The translations under genes and the position numbers were made by a program. From the human T2T-CHM13v2.0 reference genome, Homo sapiens: a DNA stretch of 64,000 nucleotides. Positions 55,374-64,000 of this stretch are shown here, piece by piece; the first letter of the stretch is position 1, and every line of letters begins with the position of its first letter. The DNA is taken from assembly GCF_009914755.1 (NCBI RefSeq), contig NC_060927.1. One strand, given 5' to 3'. The notes below the pieces were generated by a model. It was not told the DNA's origin, ran no database searches, and worked only from the letters and a program-made list of their open reading frames with translations.

Positions 55374-55478
55374 CCTAGTTACCCTTATTGTGATATACAA
55401 TCTCTTATTCAATCATTTAGATTTTCTTTGTTTTTATATGTGTTTGTTGTTGTTATTGTTTGTTAATTTATTTTAAAG

Positions 55479-56150
55479 GCTTTATTTTTTTAGAGCAGTT
55501 TTAGATTCACAGCAAAACTGAGCAGAAGGAGCAGAGATAACCCATATGCCTCTGCCCCACACAAGCATAGATTCTTACATTATCAACATCCCCCACCAGA
55601 GTGGTACATTTATTACAATTGATAATCCTACACTGACATCATTATCACCCAAAGCTCTTGGATTTCATAGGGTTCACTCTTGGATTTGTGCATTCTACGG
55701 TATGGACAAATGTATAATTGCATTATCCACTATTATAACGTCATACGGAGTATTTTCGCTGCCTCCAAAAATCCTCTGTGTTCTGCCTTTTCATCCTTCC
55801 CTCCCCTCTATACCCTGACAACCATGAATTCTTTTATTGTCTCTATGGTTTTACCTTTTCCAGAATGTTACGTAGTTGTAATCATATAGTAGTTAGCATT
55901 TTTAGACTGACTCCTTTTACTTAGCAATGTACACTTAAGTTTCCTCCATGTCTTTTCATGGCTTGATAGCTCATTTATTTTTAGTGCTGAATAATATTCC
56001 ATTATTTGGATGTACCCTAATTTATTTATCCACTCACCTACTGGCAGACATCTTGGTTGCTTCTAAGTTTTGACAACTATGAACATGCATGTGAAAGATT
56101 TTGTGTGTGCATAAGCTTTCAGCTCCTTTGGATAAATATAAAGGAATACA
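55479..56150 (-). mobile_element. L1MC1-like 3' UTR
   Basis: ttagagcagttttagattcacagcaaaactgagcagaagg...atcaacatcccccaccagagtggtacatt. Confidence 0.85.
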
Positions 56151-56484
56151 AAAATTCTTTAGTTTTTACATTCCTTCTATCCAATGATTAGACTCCTATC
56201 CAATCAAGCAGAACACAGTTAGCTTGACAATATCAAAGTTACTAATATCTCCCTAACTCCTTGTGCCTCTCTATCAATCAAGTTTATACTAACCAAAGTG
56301 ATACTTTCAAAACAAATCTTAAATAACATCTTGCTCCACTTTAAACCTTTTATTGGTTTCCCATTACCTATTGCTCTTAGGATACAGCCCAAAATCCTTA
56401 TTATGTTCTACAAGTTCATCAACATTGCATATTAGAATCTACCCAAGGAGCTTAAGAAACAGAAAAACAAAAACCACTCCCGGA

Positions 56485-56980
56485 GAAGGGTAATATATTA
56501 ATCATATCCCCCCTGAAAGAGGACACATTCAAATTAGAATAATTTGAAGAATGCTTGTTTACAGATGATCTAATTACAAAGCCGTGTAAGCTGAGGCAAA
56601 GGATAGTGCAATAGCACAAAGCTAGTTGCAGCAGTGCTGTTACCATGCTGGGTGTGAAGGCATGAGGAGTGGCAGAGGTTATACGAACCATCCCCCTCCA
56701 CCGACACACAAAAACATCTTACATTAAGCAGCCCATCTTGCAAAAAAACAGAGTTCTTCCTCAAGGGGGAAAAAGCAGCCTAATCAGGAGGAAATATATA
56801 CCCTTAACCTCACTAACCTCTAACCTCCTACCAGATATCCCCTTTAGCCAAACCCTACAGATGGCCAGTAGACATAGGAGCCTGTGACTTACCCAAGCAG
56901 ATTAGCCTTTGATGGTGAAGAGCAACATGGACATGGGTGGGAAGTCTTTATGGAAGGGCAAACAGAAGATATCTGGTCTA
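56485..56980 (-). mobile_element. LTR41/LTR33-like ERVL solo LTR
   Basis: gccaaaccctacagatggccag...ggagcctgtga...ggaagggcaaacagaagatatctgg. Confidence 0.6.
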
Positions 56981-59572
56981 AATAGGCAATAAAATAAGTG
57001 AACAAGATTTAGAGGAATCATTCTGAAAAGTAATGAGACATATCCCTGAGTGAGAGGAGTCAAAGAGAGCAGGGAAAATAGCCAGATACATTTGGAAGTA
57101 GATGCTTTAGCTAATGGACATGCACAACAGGTTCTTAAGCAAGGGAAAGAAAGTTTAGCAATTTAGGAATAAAGTATCAGGAATATTAGTTTGGCTAGCA
57201 TGGACAGAGTAAATAAGAAACCAGGAAGTAGCAGTTGAGGCTTGAAAAACAGGCATCATGGACAGGGTGAATGTGAAACCAGGCTTGAAAAAAAAAATGT
57301 CAGCATGTTTTAAAAGTAGAAAGTAAGTGGTTTACTGAGACAACGTTTATCCAAGTATCTGTGAAAATTATCACATTACAGCCTTAGGGCCAATTTTTCC
57401 TAGAAGTCTTTCAAAGGGTAAAAACCACTTTAAGATTGTGAATATAAATTGACAAATCGCCTTTCAGACAACTTGTATTGATTTATACTTTTCACTATTA
57501 GGCATGGAAATACTAGTTTTCCCATTGATTATCATCACTCTTTTTCTTTTCCTACCTCATAGACCACTGAAAAGTCCCTTCCAAGTACCTTATAATACCA
57601 CATAGGCACCTCTGTCACCACACTTATCATATTTTTAATCTGTCTGTGTGTTTGTCCTAGGTCTTCAAGTGTTTTTTACTTTTTCTATTGTCTCTCTAAT
57701 TGTCTCTCATTCTTTCAACCTGAGGATCTCAAAACATACAATTAAAGAGAGTGTCTCAGAGGACAAGATGATTAAAGAGATGATATTCTTAGGATCAATT
57801 GGAAGAATATGTCACATAAATGCATGGATTTGATTTAAAAATGAAATTTTTTTTAAATGGGATTGATAGAATAAGGAAGAAAGCCAAATTCAATAGCATC
57901 CCTAATATATACGAAGTAGGGAAAAATATATATCTACATATATGGAATGAGGGTCAGCATGAGGAATGTATTCACTGTTAGCAGGACTAGTAGATGAGGT
58001 CCCTGATTCTGATGATAATCAATCAATTTATAGAAATATGAAGAAACAGACAAGGTAAAAATAGGTAATGAGTCTGAGTAAGTTGAGTAATTGCATGAAG
58101 TTCCAAGGTTAATAGATTGTTTTCGTGAAACAAGGGTAGATCCTGATCCGGCATCATTAGTTAGGAATGCTGGCATGTACCAAAGTAGAAGAGAGAGAGG
58201 GTAAGATGAAAGAAAAAGCTATTGCCTGGGAATCACATACCTGTTTCTAAACAATACTGAAAACCATCAGCTTTATTGTAAGACCGAAGAAGATTGAGAA
58301 GACATAATAAGAATTTCACAAAATAATGAGGACCTAATTAGAGGATACAACTGTATGAGAAGAGGCAAACATATTCTATGTAGCTGAAGAAATAAATTGA
58401 GATACTGCAATTTAAGAGTTAAGACCGTTTGACATAGTAACTAGCTTAATAGTCATATTGTTATATAGTTACTTTTCTTATAATTAAGAGATGTGATATA
58501 TTTTAAATAAACCTGTAATATCTGGATTATTAGTCTGTTCAATTAACATTTAGTATAGAATTTAATAAAACTTTTTTATTAAAGTTCTTTCTTCATTAAA
58601 AATGAAAATAGGGAAAGAATTTATTAATGAAGGCAAAATGAGATGGGATTTGCTTACACAAACCCAAAGTCTCCCTAAAATCAGAAAACTTCAGTTAATT
58701 CCACTTGTATATCACCTTCATTTACACTAAAGACAGGCTGTAAAGCCCTCTATGGAAATAGCTTATTGCAATAATTATATACTATATCATAGCCATTAGT
58801 CTGCAGGCTACAAAATTAGAATTGTATTGACTTGGGTTTTCTTCACTGGAAAAAAAGCAGGCCATTAAAAATAGAACTGTGTGTGTGTGTGTCCATCAGC
58901 CAAAGCCCTTGCAGCAGCCCCTCTGGGAGGGGCACCAACAGTGACTTCTAATCAAGTATTCAAATATGTGTATTAATCAAGCATCAACTCAGACAAGAAG
59001 TATCATAACGAGACATCAAGTGGTGAAAGGACATCCCTTATCTCTGTGAATTGTTTTGTGGTGTCCAGGTTTCTGGATCTAATTGCTCCTGCTTTTGGCC
59101 ACTTGTTCTCATGCCTGATCCCCCAACTGCCCTTCTGAGTGGGAAAGAAGCTAATGTTCACCTCCAAACCCTCACAAGAGAAAAACACTTTCATTCTGGC
59201 ATCGATTTATTTTGATGTTAATTTCCTGTTAGTTTCTCAGTGTGCTGACTTGCATTTCTTTGATCTTTACCTAGTCTTCATTCTGTTAAACATCCTTATC
59301 CTGACTGGAAGATTGTAGCTGTAGTAACCAAGTCTATTCAAGTTTGACCAACCAACACAAATACCCACTAATACAGGCTTTCCTCACACACCCCGTCTCC
59401 TGCCTCCTCTGCCTCATTCTCTTTCTCAGTTCTCCTTTTCCTGCTTCTCTATTTGCATGAATTGAAAACAGTAAAATCAGGAGATAACACAGCAACAAGA
59501 CGAGACACTGAAACCTAGTTCCTACATTAGAATCTGATTTTGTTGTGAATACAAAATTCCTTCAGTTGGTAT

Positions 59573-59867
59573 CAGACGTCCAGAGCATGTTGGGGTAGGG
59601 GAAGGCTGAGGGAATGGTTTCAGGATGAAACTATTCCACCTCAGATTGTCAGGCATTAGACTCTTAGGGAGCGTGCAACCTAGATCTCTCACATGTGTGG
59701 TTCATGCTAGGATTTGTGCTCCTATGAGAATCTAATGCGGCTGCTGATTATGGCCTGAGGTGGAGCTCAGGCCATAATGCTCTGCGGCCCGCTACTCACC
59801 ACGTGCTGTGTGGCCTGGTTCTTAACAGGCCACGAAGTGGTTGTGGCCCCGGGTTTGGGGACCCCTG
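59573..59867. mobile_element. MER1B (hAT-Charlie MITE)
   Basis: atggtttcaggatgaaactattccacctcaga...tcaggcattaga...ctcctatgagaatctaatgc...ggggacccctg. Confidence 0.88.
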
Positions 59868-62315
59868 GTCTAGAGACCTTAATTGAGAAGGATCATGAGG
59901 CTTCATTTGTACCCAATGGAAAAGAGCTTTATGATCCATTATGATGTCTGGCTCAGTGATGGGACACCGGACTGAGGTCTCTTGTACTGGAAATGGGACA
60001 GACTGGTTCAGTGCCCCACCTTCTTTTCGACACTTGCAGAGTCTAAGATATGTAAATAATGCTTTCTCACACAGCTAGTGAATGCCACATACTGGAATGA
60101 GAAACCAGATTTTCTGAGTTCCAGGAACCCTGATGTTCAGGATCAAAAACCCTCTAATACCAAGAGTCAAATTATCTTTCCTTTTTTCTTGTTCTAGCAA
60201 ATCATTTTTACAATTATTTCAAACCGTCTCTTGATACTTTTATTCTTTCTAGCACCTCAGTTAAATTGCTTTTCTTCTCACACAACCATTATGACAATCC
60301 CTTTTTAAACTGGTTTCTTTGTCTCTCACTGATTACTATACAATCAGCCCTGTTCTCAGTACTAGATAAATCTTCCAAATGCATTGTTATCATAATCTCA
60401 ATCTCCAGCTTTAAAAATTCAACAACATAAACATTTGCAAGAAAAAAATGTATTCCTCAAACTACATTTTAATCCCTTTCATGACCTCAAACTACCAGTT
60501 GGGAACATGTATTTCCTACTATGATCCAGCATAAAAAATATCCACCAGCTATTTTAGTTTTGTCATACATTAAAATATGGCATCATAATGTCTACCTAAC
60601 AAAACCCTTAATCTGTTTTCTCTACCTCGTTGTCAGTAACTGCCTCCCTACCTCTTTCCGGTAGTTTATCCTACCTCACAACAGAAATATCTATAAAACT
60701 TCTAAAATTGTCTAGTTAAATAAAAAAAGACAAACATCTATACACATAGATTCACAGTTTGCTTTTACCCAACAATAGTCTCATTGGCGGTGCAGCAGCC
60801 AGCTGAAATAATTGGAAGAGTGAAACATTACATTACGTAAGGATCTTGGAATGTGAAGAACAACAAAGAATGTTCACTCAAATCTATTCTTTACACAGTA
60901 ATAAAACCCAATAAATATTTTTCTGATAACAATGTTGATATCAAAAAATTGTAGTTACTCAGTTTGGCCATAATTTTATTAGCCTGAAGTATATCTACAT
61001 ACTGATTTTCCCCTAAAATAGATCCTTTTGAATCCCTAGCCAATTCTTTTCATTACTTTTCTGAAATTGATCAATTTCATCCCTGGCTTGTTTGACAGTC
61101 AACAAGGAAATTGAATTGCTCTTGAACAAGTAAATGGGTTCCCACTCTTTTCCTACTTGAAAGAAAATACTTATTTGTAGCACAAATAAACACCATACAT
61201 GTTCATTTCCACAATACAAAAATTCTTTGAAGAATTCACTGAACTGGAAAATATAGTGGGGGTAAGAAACTGTACACAAGCCTGGAAAATGAATTAGGAT
61301 AAAAAATCTGACACCGTCTGTACCTATTTTTCTCCTTGTGTAAGAAACAGCTTTGGCACCAAAAGTTCCAGTTATTTTATATAGCTCTTTACCAGAAGAC
61401 CGGATCTGGTGAACTTGCTGGGAATCTATTCTAGAAGTGCTAGAATTTTTTTCATTGAATGTTCTTTGATATTGTTTCTACTTTAATTAATTTTAAGAGA
61501 AAATCAGAAAATACTATTAGTTAATACAGGCAAAATTCTGGGTATATGTAATTCCACAGATTACTACAGTTTATCTCCAAAAGCCATAATCAAATGTCAC
61601 CTCAAGCCTTTAGAAACCTAATTTCACGTGACTGTTTCATCGGTCTTTGTCATGGAGTCTGCACCATGGCCTCCTGCTGTGTGGTTGGCTCATAGGACTC
61701 TTCCCCTGAAGAGACCATAGAGATAACTCTGTGATGTACTCCCTCTGTGCTATAGTCACTCTGCTCTCTGTGCCTAGCAGGGTCAGCTGTGTTTTCTTTT
61801 CCTGAGAGTTCTGTATTTTAAATGAGATTCCAGTTGTCTATGGTGTACTTCTATTAACCTAAGAGTTGCCCTCCTGGTGTAATCATTAACTACTGCTCTT
61901 CTGTGGCAGTTATTTTGAGAATGAGGTGTCCATTTAGGAATTCCAACTTCAGAATTCTATTTATGTTCTCAAAATGGTAACTGCTTTAAATCATCATCAC
62001 ATTAATGTATACTCTTTAAATTGTTAAAATACAGCACTGTATTAAGCAAAAAGGAAAACTGTGTCTCCCCAGCTGCATCATCCTATATGTTCAATTCTTC
62101 AAAATTAGCTACTGTTAACAGTTCAATGTGTATACTTCCAGCCATTTTAAGTGTGTATATGTTTGTGTCTCTGTATATGTGTGTATGTGTATACATGGGT
62201 ATATAAAGGACACACACATATATAATTTATATTCATATTACTACATTTCAATGTTTATCATATAAAAACATATATAGCATATTCTTCTAAAAATATCTTC
62301 ATTTAACTCTAAATA

Positions 62316-64000
62316 CAGGCATACCTCAGAGGTATTATGGGTGTGGTTCCAAGACCACTGCAATAAAGTTAATACAGAATAAAGTGAGTTGCATGACGTT
62401 TTTGGTTTCTCGGTTCATACAAAAGTTATGTTTACACTGTACTGTAGTCTATTAAGTGTATAAAAATAATGTAAATAACCTAATTTAAAAATATTTTATA
62501 CCTAAAAATGCTAATGGTCATCTGAGACTTCAGTAATTTGTAATATTTTGGCTGGTGGAGGGTCTTTTGTCAGTGTTGATGGCTACTGACTGATCAGGGT
62601 GATGGTTGGTAAATTTTGCAGTGGCTGTGTCAATTTCTTAAAATGACACAATAATGAGATTTGCTGCATCAGTTAACTCTTTTACAAAAGATTTCTCTGT
62701 AACATGTGATGCTGTTTAATAGCATTTTGCCCACTGTACAACTTCTTTCAAAATTAGAATCAATCCTCTCAAACTCTACCACTGCTTTATCAACTAGTTC
62801 ATGTAATACTCTAAAACCTGTGTTGTCACTTCAACAGCGTTCACAGCATCTTCACCAGGAATAGCTTCCATTTCAAGAAACCAGTTTCTTTGTTCATCCA
62901 TAAGAAGCAAATCTTCATCTATTCAAGTTATATCATAAGGTTGCAGCAATTCAGTCACATCTTCAGGATCCACTTGGAATTCTAGTTTTCTTACTATTTC
63001 TACCAAATCTGAAGTCACTTCCTTCAGTGAAGTCTTGAATCCCTCTAAGTTATCCATGAGGACTGGAATCAACATCTTCCAAATTTCTATTAGTGTTGAC
63101 ATTTTGACAACAGTCTGTAGCCAATAGATCAAGGAGTAGTTTTAACTTTCAAGTCTTATTATTTAAGGATATCTGTCCCAGCTATGGCCTTACAAAATTT
63201 ATTTCTTAAATAATAAGACTTGAAAGTCAAAACTGTTTAATCTATGGGCTGCAGAATAAATGATGTGTTAGCAGGCATGAAGATAACATTCATCTTTGAA
63301 TGTACAGCCTTATTAATGAGCAATAATATTTTAAAAGGTATCTTTTTTTTACTGAGCAGTAGTTCTCAACAGTGAGCTCAAAATATTTGGTAAACCATGC
63401 TATAAACAGATGTGCTGTCATTCAGGCTTTGTTGTTCCATTTATAGAGCACAGCTAGAGTAGATTTAGCATAATTCTTAAGGACACCAGGATTTTCAGAA
63501 TGATAAATGAGCATTGGCTTCAACTCAAAGTCATCAAATGTATTAACACCTGATAAGATAGTCAGCCTATCCTTTGAAGCCAGGCATTGACTTCTCCTCT
63601 CTAGCTAGGAAAATCTTAGAGGGCATTTTCTACTATAAAGCTGTTTCATCTACATTGAAGATCTGTTATTTGGTATAGCCACCTTCAGCAATGATCTTAG
63701 GCAGATCTTCTGAATTACTTGCTGTAGTTTCTACATCAGCACATGCTGTGTACCTTGCACTTTTACGTCATGGAGCTGGCTTCTTTCTTTCTCTTTCTCA
63801 TGAACCAGCCTCTAACAACTTCAAACTTTACTTCTGCCACTTCTTTGCCTCTTTCAGCCTTCATAGATTTGAAGAGAGAATCTTGTTCTGGCTTTGGCTT
63901 AAGAGAATGTTATGGCTGGTTTGATCTTCTATCCAGACCATTAAACATTCTCCATATCAGCAATAAGGCTGTTTGGCTTTCTTATCATTGATGTATTCAT
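62316..64000 (-). mobile_element. Tigger1 DNA transposon (runs off the window end), transposase disrupted
   Basis: TA followed by TIR caggcatacctc; transposase peptide WKMLIPVLMDNLEGFKTSLKEVTSDLVEIVRKLEFQVDPEDVTELLQ. Confidence 0.92.

Noticed and set aside
59930-59980. Possible C/D-box snoRNA (atgatg ... ctga)
   Set aside because: The C box is imperfect, the spacing is too short and there is no terminal stem
62923-63132. TIGD1-like domesticated transposase gene
   Set aside because: Short peptide inside a decayed, rearranged Tigger1 copy with no long ORF

Overview
AT-rich, CpG-poor primate (most likely human or hominoid) non-coding DNA, either intergenic or deep intronic. I can support no host protein-coding exon, RNA gene, CpG island or CRISPR array, and every ORF I can assign derives from a transposon. 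The window is dominated by decayed mobile elements. LINEs: a near full-length L1PA5/6-like element (14130-20029, minus) nested in a THE1D LTR nested in an L1MA; an L1PA8A-like element (41910-45200, plus) fused at its 5' end to a 33-nt Alu head and missing most of ORF2; a 5'-truncated L1PA4/5-like element; and many ancient L1M/HAL1/L2 pieces. LTRs: ten solo LTRs (THE1, LTR12, MLT1, MLT2, LTR16, LTR41-like). SINEs: four full Alus, including an AluY with the 12-bp Yd-lineage deletion, plus a FLAM and MIR pieces. DNA transposons: Tigger1, MER44, MER1B, MER5A, MADE1/2. I found no convincing new biological system. The most notable signals are mutational scars visible in the sequence: an Alu/L1 chimeric junction, microhomology deletions, a fold-back inverted duplication in Tigger1, a perfected palindrome in MER1B and several tandem duplications. 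There are also candidate transposon-derived promoters (LTR12 CCAAT array, L1 antisense promoter/ORF0). Subfamily names come from recalled consensus sequences and need RepeatMasker/Dfam confirmation; boundaries of ancient elements are approximate.
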